From: an uncultured delta proteobacterium
GTDB taxonomy: Bacteria; Myxococcota_A; Polyangia; Haliangiales; Haliangiaceae
Assembly: GCA_963848295.1 (NCBI GenBank)
Contig: CAWKDB010000004.1
Location: 270,296-334,295 of the forward strand
Reading direction: 5' to 3'
DNA: 64,000 bases
Shown: positions 14,248 to 23,696 of the stretch, piece by piece
How positions within the stretch are numbered: the first letter of the stretch is position 1
Layout of the letters: the number at the start of each line of letters is the position of its first letter
Notes under the pieces: generated by a model
The model's database searches: none
The model's input: only the letters and a program-made list of their open reading frames with translations
What the model was told of the DNA's origin: nothing
Made by a program: the position numbers and the translations under genes

Positions 14248-16877
14248 CGGTTACCCGCGTGCGGCTCGGGCTTGTCCGTAGTGCCTGCCTTGTCCGACCG
14301 CCGGCGATCCCGGCGACGACGCCCGATCAACAGCGCCACGAGCGCGGAGATCGGCGCGGCTCCCAGGCCGGTGCCACCCGCGGCACAGCCGCCGCCATGG
14401 GAGCCATCGCCGGCACCGGAACCGGAGCCACCGCCGGAGCCGGAGCCGCCGCCAGAGCCGGAGCCGGAGCCGGAGCCGCTACCGCTGCCGCTTCCCGAGC
14501 CCGAGCCGCACGAGCCGGTGTCGATCATGACGCAGGTCCCGTCGGCGGTCGCGCCAGCCGCCACGCTGCACGCTTCGCAGTCGTTCGGATCACCGCCGCC
14601 GCATGCGGTGTCGCAACACACGCCGTCGACGCAGAATCCGGTCGCACAGCCGGTGGCGTCGTCGCATCCACCGCCGTCGGGCGCGACCGTCAACACCCGC
14701 GACTCGACGCGTGGCGCACCATACGGCGCTTGCAGCACGACCCGGCCATAGACGACGGAGGCGGTCGAGTCGCCGGTGGCCGCGAGGCCGATCGTCGGCA
14801 GCACGCCCGATGCGGCCACGAGCGGCGACGCATCCAGCACGCTGCCATCGCTCGCGATCCGCGCCGCGTGAAGCGTGTACGTCAAGGTGTCGGTGCTGTC
14901 GGCCCACATCACGACGTAGTCGCCGACATACGCGACCATGCTCGGCTCGACATAGCTTGCGACGGGAGAGATCACGATCGGCGTCGCATCGACGATCGCG
15001 CCCGACGCCATCACGCGTGCGCCGAGCACGCGAGTCGAGAGACCGGCGTTCCAAGCCACGAAGAAGTCGGTTCCATTCGACGTCACGGCGGGCGCGTAGT
15101 CGTAGCTGGCGGGGCCGACGACGATCGGCGTCGCATCGCTCACGACACCCGCCGGGGTAACGCGCACCGCCGCGATGGTGTCGTGCGTGCTGTCTTCCCA
15201 CGCGACGAGCGCTTCGCCGCCGTTGCTCGCGATCGCCGGCGTCAGCTCCGTCGAAGCTCCGGCGTCGAGTTGGAACGCGGCGGTATCGAGGATCGTGCCA
15301 TCGGGGCGCACGCGCACGCCCTCGATGCGGTACTGCGCCGCCCACACGACGAGGTACACACCGCCGACGTACGCGACGCGCGGGTTCGCGACGAACGACG
15401 AGGTCGTCGGCAAGTGCAGCGGGACGGCATCGAGCACGCTACCGTCACCGGCGACCCGCGCGGCCGTGATCCAGCCGCTGCTGGCGGCGACCACGAGATA
15501 GTCAGAACCATCCGACGCGACCGCCGGCATATTGGCCGAGAAAGGAATGACCTCGAACGAGTGGGCGTCGAGCGCCGTGCCATCGGGGGCGAGTCGCACC
15601 GCGTACGTGCAGCCGCTCGTGCCATTGGCGCAGCGCGAGTCGACCCACACCGCGAGCGAGCTCGTCGCCGCGCTCGCGATCGCCGGCGTCTGCTCGGTGT
15701 TCGCCGCCGTCGAGATCGCGATCGCCGACGGATCGAGAATGACACCGGCGGTCGACACGCGCGTGCCATACACGCTGGACTCGCCGTTGTTGTGCGGGTA
15801 TCCCGACCACGCCGCGAGCACGCCGGATGCACCGCGCGCGAGCGCAGGTCCAGCGAAGCCGATGCTCGACGGCGAGAGCGTCAGCGCCGGTGCGTCGCGC
15901 ACGACGCCCGCCGGTGACACGCGCGTCCCGGCGATCCCCGATCCGGTCGTCCACGCGACCAGCTGATCGCTGCCGTCGAATGCGATCGCGGGCTGGCTGC
16001 CTTGCGAGCTGATCACGAGCTCGGAACCCAGCGTCGCACCCGAGGTTGCCATCCGTTGGCCGTGGATCGCATTCGGGAATGTGTGGGCATCCTGCCAGGC
16101 GACGAGGTAGCTCGTGCCGTCGAACGCGACCACCGGCGACTCCTGGCCGGTCGTCGATGCGCCGAGGGGAATCCCGTCCGCGTCGAGCACGGATAGGGAT
16201 GTGGTGACGCGCGCGACGTAGATCTCCGAGTAGGCGGAGCCAAGCCGTGAGTCTTGCCACGCGACGAGGACGTTCGTGCCGTCGAACGCGACGCGCGAGT
16301 TGCTTTGCGACCCGAGCGCGCCGCTGATCGTGACCGGTCCCTGGACGACCGTGCCGTCGGTACCGACGCGTAGGCCGACGATGTCCGGGTTCGATGTCGC
16401 GGTCGTGTACGCCACGAGATAGTCGCTGCCGTCGAACACGACGTCCGGCGACTCGCCCGCGGTCGCGAGCTCGATCGGCGACGCATCCAGCACGGTGCCC
16501 GCAGGGGACACGCGATCCGCGTACACGCGATTCGACTCGGTCATCCACACCACGAGATAGTTGGTGCCGTCGAACGCGACGCGCGGCGCGAGCAAGGTGT
16601 CCTGGATGGGCGCCGAGATCCGGAACCCGACGGGATCGAGCACCGCGCCTCCCGCCGAGACTCGCGCGCCGAAGATCTCGGGAGATCCGAGCTCGCGGAA
16701 GTCGCTCCACACCACGAGGTAGTTGGTGCCGTCGAACGCGACCGCGGCTCCCTGTTTCGTACCGAACGAAACGCCCGCGACCGGAGGATCGACCGCGACC
16801 TCCGCGGAGAACGGCGTGGCGCCGGCGGTGGCTGCGGTCACGCCGATGCAGAGCAGGATCGAGCAGGTGTGATTCAT
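14193..16877 (-). CDS. MYXO-CTERM-sorted surface protein with (A)FDGTNYLVVW beta-propeller-like repeats
   Basis: Signal peptide, then about 12 repeats of P.VAFDG.NYLV.W...I.G.RV...G.VLD. Cys-rich CATGFCVDGVCCDTAC, a GS linker and a GGGCAAG...hydrophobic-RRRR tail. Confidence 0.88.
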   Translation of the reverse strand: MNHTCSILLCIGVTAATAGATPFSAEVAVDPPVAGVSFGTKQGAAVAFDGTNYLVVWSDFRELGSPEIFGARVSAGGAVLDPVGFRISAPIQDTLLAPRVAFDGTNYLVVWMTESNRVYADRVSPAGTVLDASPIELATAGESPDVVFDGSDYLVAYTTATSNPDIVGLRVGTDGTVVQGPVTISGALGSQSNSRVAFDGTNVLVAWQDSRLGSAYSEIYVARVTTSLSVLDADGIPLGASTTGQESPVVAFDGTSYLVAWQDAHTFPNAIHGQRMATSGATLGSELVISSQGSQPAIAFDGSDQLVAWTTGSGIAGTRVSPAGVVRDAPALTLSPSSIGFAGPALARGASGVLAAWSGYPHNNGESSVYGTRVSTAGVILDPSAIAISTAANTEQTPAIASAATSSLAVWVDSRCANGTSGCTYAVRLAPDGTALDAHSFEVIPFSANMPAVASDGSDYLVVAASSGWITAARVAGDGSVLDAVPLHLPTTSSFVANPRVAYVGGVYLVVWAAQYRIEGVRVRPDGTILDTAAFQLDAGASTELTPAIASNGGEALVAWEDSTHDTIAAVRVTPAGVVSDATPIVVGPASYDYAPAVTSNGTDFFVAWNAGLSTRVLGARVMASGAIVDATPIVISPVASYVEPSMVAYVGDYVVMWADSTDTLTYTLHAARIASDGSVLDASPLVAASGVLPTIGLAATGDSTASVVYGRVVLQAPYGAPRVESRVLTVAPDGGGCDDATGCATGFCVDGVCCDTACGGGDPNDCEACSVAAGATADGTCVMIDTGSCGSGSGSGSGSGSGSGSGSGGGSGSGGGSGSGAGDGSHGGGCAAGGTGLGAAPISALVALLIGRRRRDRRRSDKAGTTDKPEPHAGNRHQPGALMSQWPGWMDRS

Positions 16878-16893
16878 CGTGCGCCAGCGGGTT

Positions 16894-16908
16894 TGCAACG
16901 CACGTGCC
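16894..16908 (-). promoter_or_regulatory. Putative sigma54 -24/-12 promoter
   Basis: GGCACGTGCGTTGCA on the - strand (GG-N10-GC), 17 nt upstream of ATG 16877. Confidence 0.4.
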
Positions 16909-17099
16909 CCGCGCAACCGGGTGCGAATGCAGCCCTCGTGACCCGGCGAGCGTCGTCGCGCGTTCACGTGCGCCCCAAGGCTTCGCACGCGGTCACTGCC
17001 GCGTAACATTGCAGCGCGATGACAACGCGGACGACGCTCGTGACGATGGGCGCGGCGGCGGTCACGCTGGCGATGGCGATCGCGCTGCTGTCCTGGTGA

Positions 17100-17834
17100 T
17101 CACTTCGGCAGCACGAAGTCGTGGCTGACCTTGATGCCGTGCTGCGTCGCGGGGAAGCGCAGGCGCTCGACGTGCCCCTCGATGCAGTCGAGCGCGGAGC
17201 CCGAAGCGTCGACCGGTCCCAGGCTCATCGCGACCTCGCCGCTCGGCAGGACCGTGATGTCGTAGGTGACGCGAGCGGGGCCGACGCAGTCGGAGAGATC
17301 GACTTGAACGACCGCGGCGACCACGGTCGCGGCCGCGGGCGCGTCGGGAAGCTTCGGCTTCGGTTTCGGCTTCGGCTTACGCGCCGGCGCCGCGTGCACG
17401 CGTGGCCGGGCGGGTGCGGATACGCGCTCGGTTTCGGCGCGAGCCTCGTCGGCGCGCTGCTCGGCGGCGACGCGCTGCGCCTCGGCCTGGGCGACCGCCG
17501 CACGCTCGCGGGCGCGCACTTGGTCGATCGCCGAGGTCTCAGGGGGTACAGTGGTCGACACTGGCGCGGCGGGCGATCGAGCGTGCACCGCGAACGCGAG
17601 GCCGAGCGCCGCGACCGCGATCCCGACGGCGACCGACGCCAGGACCGACATCCGCGCGGCGGACGGCGCGACGGCCGGGGGCTCCGCCGTGATCGCGCGG
17701 TCCTCGGGCGCGGCCACCGCGGCCGGCAACCACGACGTCTGTCCGCAGTACGCGCACGACACCTGCTCCTGCCCGGGCACGACCTGCAGTGGCGCATCGC
17801 AGTTGGGGCAGCGAATCGAGGTCGCGGGGTCCAC
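17100..17834 (-). CDS. Zinc-ribbon + TM + Pro-rich linker + TonB-C/AgmX-like C-terminal domain protein
   Basis: CPNC...CAYC, a TM helix, a KPKPKPKP linker and C...CIE...LRFP at the C-terminus. TAAGCT lies 7 nt before the GTG. Confidence 0.7.
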   Translation of the reverse strand: MDPATSIRCPNCDAPLQVVPGQEQVSCAYCGQTSWLPAAVAAPEDRAITAEPPAVAPSAARMSVLASVAVGIAVAALGLAFAVHARSPAAPVSTTVPPETSAIDQVRARERAAVAQAEAQRVAAEQRADEARAETERVSAPARPRVHAAPARKPKPKPKPKLPDAPAAATVVAAVVQVDLSDCVGPARVTYDITVLPSGEVAMSLGPVDASGSALDCIEGHVERLRFPATQHGIKVSHDFVLPK

Positions 17835-18032
17835 CGCTTCCAGCTTACCGCGGCGGCGGCCGGCCGATCAGCGCGGACGCCTTCGCGACGTCGTGGCGGC
17901 CGAGCGCTGCGCCGGCAGCTTCGGGATCGCGCGCGACGAGGGCGAGACCGCGTCGCGCGAGATCAGCGCGTGCGAACCGGTCGAGGTTGGAATCGACGTT
18001 CGCGAACACCACCTCGTGCACCGTGCCGTAGT

Positions 18033-18129
18033 GCGCGGCACCTCCCGCGCGGACGAGCATGACATGCGAGGACGCCGCTCGGCGTCAGCCGAGGGCGCCC
18101 TCCACGAAGTGGAGGCGGCGGGAGTCGAA
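18033..18129 (-). repeat. ~96-bp direct repeat, copy 1: tmRNA 3'-end fragment (att core 18109-18129) plus hairpin trailer
   Basis: The - strand reads TTCGACTCCCGCCGCCTCCAC, matching the T-loop/acceptor 3' end typical of tmRNA. Near-identical to 19100-19195. Confidence 0.85.
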
Positions 18130-18254
18130 ACGTTAGGACACATCTTTCTCGACGAGCACTTGCCCGATTCTTCGAGACAAACGGCCCGACTGATTCCCGC
18201 TGCCGCCTTCGTATGGCGTCTGCTTTTGCAGCGTCCGTGGCAGCGCCGACGTGA

Positions 18255-18635
18255 TCAGCCGAACTCGATCGTGAGATTGCCTAGATCGATAATCGCTCGC
18301 GCAGCTCTTAAGAAGTCCATGCCGATGATCCCACCGAATTCGAAGCCGTAGTCCATCTCGCCGATCTCGACTTCGAATCCATCGAGGCCGTGATCGCCGA
18401 CCGCGAATCGATCGACTTGCCTCATGAAGACGTGCTCGTGGCCGCCGACACCTCGAAGCCGACGCAGCTGATCGCGCGGCTCGAGATAGATGTCAGCCTC
18501 CGCCGCGAGGTCGGCGTTGATCACTGTACTCACCGCACCCGTGTCCACCAGGACGTCTGGGATCTCGACCGTCGTGCCTCGGTACCTCAGGGTCGCGGTG
18601 ACATATACGAGCTCATGCTGGGAGATGAGTTGCAC
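18255..18635 (-). CDS. Retropepsin-like (clan AA) aspartic protease
   Basis: LVDTGA catalytic motif, flap GVGG and GIIGMDFL. Confidence 0.9.
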   Translation of the reverse strand: MQLISQHELVYVTATLRYRGTTVEIPDVLVDTGAVSTVINADLAAEADIYLEPRDQLRRLRGVGGHEHVFMRQVDRFAVGDHGLDGFEVEIGEMDYGFEFGGIIGMDFLRAARAIIDLGNLTIEFG

Positions 18636-18891
18636 GCAGCCCCCGGACGCCAAGCCAAAGACGTTCTTCGATCTCTAATTCGACCATGCTCGTGTGCACG
18701 AAGCAGAACTCGCGGTGCGGATGCTCGCGTCGGAGCTCGGCGTAGCGCTTCATCGTTGCTCGCCCGTCGGGGCAATGGTCGATCACTGCGATCCTGTCGT
18801 AGACGCGATGATCGTTCTCAGAGTGTGCGTCCAACGCCTCGATCACGAGCCATTGATCTGGATGTGCCTCGCGCACTTCGGGCCAACGCAT
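18613..18891 (-). CDS. Small DUF5678-like partner protein of the aspartic protease
   Basis: 92 aa, MRWPEVREAHPDQWLVIEAL. Overlaps the protease start; TACGCT lies 5 nt before the ATG. Confidence 0.72.
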   Translation of the reverse strand: MRWPEVREAHPDQWLVIEALDAHSENDHRVYDRIAVIDHCPDGRATMKRYAELRREHPHREFCFVHTSMVELEIEERLWLGVRGLRATHLPA

Positions 18892-19052
18892 GAACCAGCG
18901 TAGTCGCTGAATCTGACATCGAGCAACTTCCGCGCGAGGCGGCGGGTGTTTCTATGGAGAGATCCCATTTCTCGACGACAGCATCGTGGCAGCGCGTGAA
19001 GAAAGACACGCCACCATGGCCTCAACATGTGGAAACCATAGTCGAATAGATA

Positions 19053-19072
19053 GTGGAGGCGGCGGGAGTCGA
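19053..19072 (-). repeat. tmRNA 3'-end fragment, att core copy 2
   Basis: GTGGAGGCGGCGGGAGTCGA is identical to 18109-18128 and 19175-19194. Confidence 0.85.
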
Positions 19073-19099
19073 CGACGCGCAGCAACGGAGTTGCAAGCG

Positions 19100-19195
19100 G
19101 CGCGGCACCTCCCGCGCGGACGAGCATGAAATGCGAGGACGCCGCTCGGCGAAGCCGAGCGCGCCCTCCACGAAGTGGAGGCGGCGGGAGTCGAA
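19100..19195 (-). repeat. ~96-bp direct repeat, copy 2: tmRNA 3'-end fragment (core 19175-19195) plus hairpin trailer
   Basis: Differs from 18033-18129 at only about 4 positions. Confidence 0.85.
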
Positions 19196-19302
19196 GGCGG
19201 CCTGAAGGATTCACGAGTTCCAAATCGGATGGGAATCGTGGAGGTTTGAGCCGGCGCGCGAGACCCATCCGTGTCGCTTCGTGCTGCTCCGCGATCACGG
19301 AT

Positions 19303-21464
19303 TCAGGGAGGTGCCTGACATGAAGCGCTAAGTCCATCGAGTGCGCCAAGCAACCACGAGTCGTCGGGATTGAGGGACAGCAAGCGCTGATCGCCGCTTG
19401 CCGTGAACGCCGCGTTGCCAGAGTGCACTTGTCGATAAGACTGCATCGTCAGATCGGGCGCGCACGTGGCCGTGCAGGGAGTTGCAGCATGTGCTGTCTC
19501 CAAAGACGCGAACAGCGAGGGATCATACTGAAATCGGATCCGTGGATCGCTGGGGTTCACCGCGTAGCGAAAGCCCCGCACGAAGACGTTTCCGTCGATC
19601 TCGATCCTTGGCCATGCGAACAGCTCGTCGCTTGCCTTCGCGAACCCCATCGCAAGTCCGCCTCCAACGCCGGCCGTGGAATTGCCCTGGTGTTTGATGA
19701 TGTCCCACATCACGCTGCCGAACGCATGGAACGAATGGCCAGGTGGTTTCGATTGCTCGATCGCGTCGCACACGATCGGGACGTACTCAGTCGCGCCGGT
19801 GACAACATAAGACCGCTCGCCAGGACGCGGGCGCCACACCGAGATGTCCCCGTACGAGTGTTCGATCGCACCTTGGCGTTCTTCGCGACGTGAAAGGCGA
19901 ACAACGAATCGCACGGCTTGTGGATCACAGGAACCTGGCCACGTGATTCGCGATCAGCTTCGGGTCCTCCTGAAACATCGCGAAGGTTGCGCAGAGGGCC
20001 GTGTCGCGCTCTTCGACGGTCTTGTAAAAGCGATTGTGGGTGGTTCGTTTCTTGGTCACTTTCCAGACACCTTCAATCGCATTGAACTCGGGCGAATAGG
20101 GCGGCAGTCGGAACAGCTCGATGCGATGGCGGTTCTCCTTTAGCCACAGCTTTCCGTCTTCCTTGAGATTGTGGCAGGGACCGTTGTCGATGATCAGGAA
20201 GATCTTGCGCCGGGTTCGAGCAACGACCTGCTTGAGGAAGTCGAAGAACGTGAGTCCGTTGAAGACGGGCGCAAACTTGTAGTGGAACCGTGGTCGTTGC
20301 TCGAGCGTAACGACGCCGAAGACGTGCGCCGTCTTGCGCATGCCGAACGTGTCTACGCGGGGCTGGCAGCCAACTCGGGACCACGTTTGGTGGAGCGTCC
20401 CGTCGAGCCAGAAGCTGGCCTCGTCGCCGAAGGCAACGACGCCGCGGCACTGGCGCGCTTTTTTTAATCTTCGGCAAGGTCTCTCGCAGCCACGTGGCCT
20501 GCCGCGCAGATCGGCTCGGGCCAGCCGTTTACGCGGCCGCTGGACCGAGAACTTGAGTTGGTGCAGGAGCCTCGGCACGTGATGATTGTGATAGCGAACG
20601 CCGAACCGCTCCTCGATCAGGTCGCCGATCATCGGACCGGTCCAGACACCGGACTGATAGCCTGCCTGCATCGGGCCCAGTTCAATGATGATCCCCAGAG
20701 CCTCGCGTTGCTCGTCGGTGAGCTTCGGCGCAGGGCCTTCGGCAATCGAAGTCCGAAGCCCCTCAACGTGATCGACGTCGTACCACTGGAGCCAGCGATT
20801 GACGGAGCCGCGTGTGATGCCGAAGTCGACCGCGATGTGCGTGACTTTTCGTCCATCGATGTATGCACGAACAGCACGGCCCCGACGCCATTCGCCGAGG
20901 TCGTTCTTGAGTTGCGCTTCGACGATAAAATCGTCGAGCTGTTTGAGCTGCGTGCCACGGCGACGCGAGCGACGAATTGCCTTGCCTGGTTGAGATCGAG
21001 CCACGATCGCCGCACGATGATCCTCTCGGGATCCTTCGTCAATAGGCGAGGATCTCAGCCTGTGCGATCTGTTTAGACCTGGCGTGTTGTCGCTGAAGAA
21101 TCCCGCGAGGATCAAGGTTACGTCGCGAACATCTGAGTTCGCGAAGACTTGTTGGAATTCTCCGAAGATCGCCTCGAGGTGCATTCGGAATGGCGTCGGC
21201 CCACAGCGAGTGGCGCTTCCCGACTTTTCGTCGGTGCGCGTGATACCAGGTAATAAATGGACGCGCGGCTTCGACGGCCATCACGAAGGGAATTAAGTCA
21301 CCCGAGGCGACGGCCGCACTCCGCTCGCTCAATGTCACGGCCTTAACAGAGTTGTCGAGGCGCTTGCCTTCCGAGGTGAGGCGCGAGTCCGCCATCAGAA
21401 TCACCTGCGAATCGTCGGGATTCTGGTCCGCAGGTCGAGATGCGAAACCCAACGCGAGTGTCAT
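19303..21464 (-). pseudogene. Proteasome-beta/Anbu-like Ntn-hydrolase, split by IS630 (plus a frameshift near 21188)
   Basis: The N-terminus MTLALG...ILMADSRLT....K...SG has the Thr1/DSR/Lys pattern. It continues LILAGF.SDNTPGL, then after the IS resumes in frame as VRLSRR...VVTGA...TAGVGGGL. Confidence 0.62.
19901..21074 (-). mobile_element. IS630 family element (HTH ORF + DDE_3 ORF, A7 slippery site)
   Basis: HTH (VNRWLQWY, WTGPMIGDLI), then FGDEASF, LIIDNGPCH and LPPYSPEFNAIEGVW. T7 run at 20459-20465. Imperfect IRs AAC(A)GA(A)TCGCAC(A)GGC at both ends; boundaries approximate. Confidence 0.9.
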
Positions 21465-21640
21465 CTAGGCCACGTTATCGTACGTCCGTCCCGAAGACTT
21501 GCATTTCCCGCTCGACGCCACGAATGAAATGTTGCCGAGCGGTCTGTTGCCCGACGAGGCAACGTCGCCACGCAGGACGACAGAGCATGAGCTCAGCACA
21601 GCGGGCCCCAGGACGACGACGACGCGTGCGCCGGAGCAAG

Positions 21641-22490
21641 CTATGCATGTGCCGCAAGAAGCGGCGCTAGCCGATCGATCTCTCTCGACACTTCGTGAGC
21701 AATCTCTTCGGGGATGCTGAGCACGATCGTGAGCGTCGCATTGTACGGCGTACCCGGCGGCGCGCCTGCGAGCGCGCGGCAACCTTCTTCGAACACGCGA
21801 TCGATTTCGCTCGGAACGTTTTCGACAGCTAGCTGTGCCTGGCTCATGAACTTCGGAAGGAGCTCGAGGATCCGGTCCGTCTCTTTCGACGCGCAAGTTG
21901 TGTGAATCCACTCGAGGCCCCATCGGACTAATCGCCGGTAGAGGTCCCCGACACGGTGAGCTACGTACTCCAGCAGCTCAGGGTCGCCAGGTTGTCCCGG
22001 TGGACCTAGGCCATCGGCGAGACTGTTTCGATGAGACGGGTGAAGGTCTTCAGCGCTGAGGTCGCGTCGTGCATCGACGACCGGATCGCCTGGGGCAACT
22101 CAGGAGGTTGGAGCACCCGTGGCACACTCACGACGATGCCGTACTTCAGGTCTCGCGCTTCGTCACGACTGCTAGCGATCTCGTCGCGAAGTAGCTGGCC
22201 GAATAGACGATGCGACCACCCGAGTGAGCGCTCGGCCACGATCCGCGCGGCCTCGATGCTGATCGTGCGCCCGTTCAACGTCGGCGTGGCCTCTTTGGAA
22301 GGGCGCTCGCCGATGTTTTCCTGAACGTAGGCCTCGTGCTGTCGCTTCCAAGAACCCAGTACTTCGACAGTGTACCGAACCACGTCGCGATCGACCTGGG
22401 TGGCGTGTGTCGCGCATAGCCAGATCCCGTTCTCTACCGACGACCGCCCCTCGCTCGTCATTTGACCGTCGAAACGAGGTCCTCGAACTC
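21641..22490 (-). pseudogene. HNH-like nuclease domain protein, N-terminally truncated, frameshift near 22005
   Basis: GPRFD...RSSVENGIWLCATHATQVDRD...LGSWKRQHE. The C-terminal part continues in a shifted frame (LGPPGQPGDPELL...MSQAQLAVE) to 21641. Confidence 0.65.
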
Positions 22491-22520
22491 CGCAATCGTA
22501 CCATGCGCTAGCGTAGTTAC

Positions 22521-22658
22521 GTGGAGCGGTCTCACTGGATCGAGCGCATCGCCCGCGCACGCGCCAACCATAACGTGGTGTGGCTGGCAGGCGTTCGGCG
22601 CGTTGGCAAGACGACCCTCGCCAAGGCCCTGCCGCACGCGCGCTACTTCGGCGCATAG
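22521..22658 (+). pseudogene. AAA_14/DUF4143-type ATPase N-terminal fragment
   Basis: Manual translation gives VERSHWIERIARARANHNVVWLAGVRRVGKTTLAKALPHARYFGA*, which has a Walker A motif and then stops. Confidence 0.65.
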
Positions 22659-22993
22659 GCCACGTGCAACTGCGACGTCGCTGACCCCGACGTGCTCGAG
22701 GCGACGTTCCTCGAAGACTTCCACGCGTTCGATCCGGTCGAGCGCTCGCTGCCGCTCACGCCGGACGTCGGCGGTCTGCCCGACGAGGCCACCGTCGCCG
22801 ACCTGGTGCGGGCGACGCTCGCGCGGGGCGGCCGAGCAGCGTCCGCGTCGCCCGGACGGACGCCGAGCGGAGGGCAGCTGTGATGGCTGCAGCGGGGGCC
22901 CGGCGGACCGCGCGCATGGTCGGGTAGCCTGGCGAGCTGACTCGCCGGGCTACCCGACCGCACCCATATCGGCGTCGATCACCCAGCCGATAG

Positions 22994-23400
22994 TCACTGC
23001 CCTGCCATGAAGACGAGCGGGTAATCGACCACAGCTCGCTCGTCGAACCGCGCGCCGGCGGGCACCGCGAACGCGAGGATCTGCTCGCACACACATGCGT
23101 CGACCGTCGCGTCGAAGCCGCGGATCGCGACGTTGCCGACGGCACCGGCGCGATCGACCTGAAACGACTCGTAAAGGTCGCCGCCGACGCCCGGCTCGCG
23201 CGCCAGCAGTTGCTGATAACATGCCAGGATCGGACGATGGCGCTGGCGCATCAGCTCGCGCACGGGATCGGGAAACGTCGTCGGCGGCTCGGGGGGCAGT
23301 GCGGGCGGAGATTCCTCGGCGAATCCTTCGAGTCTCGGCGGTACATAGGTCGGAGCGAATGAGCGCAGCGGCGGCACACGCGGACCACAGCGCGTCACAC
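22994..23400 (-). pseudogene. AgmX/PglI C-terminal domain fragment
   Basis: ILACYQQLLAREPGVGG....F.V...G.V...DACVC...F.VP...VDYPLVF. Its 5' end abuts the att trailer at 23419. Confidence 0.6.
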
Positions 23401-23418
23401 CATCGGCGTCGCGAACCA

Positions 23419-23469
23419 CTTACGAAAACAAAGAAGGCCTCGCATCTGCTCACGAGACCCTTCGTTTCC
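23419..23469 (-). terminator. Terminator-like trailer downstream of the tRNA-Ala fragment (repeat shared with 48123-48175)
   Basis: - strand GAAGGGTCTCGT-loop-GCGAGGCCTTC-TTTGTTTT. Confidence 0.6.
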
Positions 23470-23519
23470 TGGTGGAGCCAAAGGGGGATCGAATCCTGAC
23501 CCCTAGAGTGCGATTCCAG
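23470..23519 (-). other. 3' fragment of tRNA-Ala(CGC), an integration-site (att) scar rather than a full tRNA
   Basis: - strand CTGGAATCGCACTCTAGGGGTCAGGATTCGATCCCCCTTTGGCTCCACCA contains the anticodon arm (CGC), T-loop TTCGAT and the Ala acceptor end GCTCCACCA. No 5' half is present. Confidence 0.8.
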
Positions 23520-23696
23520 GCGGCTTGGGGCCATTCCGCGAACTTAGGAGCCGCCGACGTTACCAGGTTCGAGGGAGCTTCGTGGAACGCCGAGCCCTAC
23601 GAGTGGGTCTCGATCAGAAACACGCGCTCGGTAACATCGATCGGCTGTCTCGCCCTTCGTTTCTGGGGCAGCCAACCAACTGAGCGATCGGCTCCG

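Noticed and set aside
18033..19195. CRISPR array or classical integron attC array
   Set aside because: Spacing is irregular (944 and 122 bp), there are no cas or intI genes and no RYYYAAC/GTTRRRY ends, and the core matches a tmRNA-type 3' end.
19925..21184. 419-aa IS630 transposase with novel N-terminus
   Set aside because: The first ~37 aa belong to the interrupted Ntn-hydrolase gene, read through the IS end.
23470..23545. Complete tRNA-Ala gene
   Set aside because: The D-arm and 5' acceptor strand are absent; only the anticodon arm to CCA is present.
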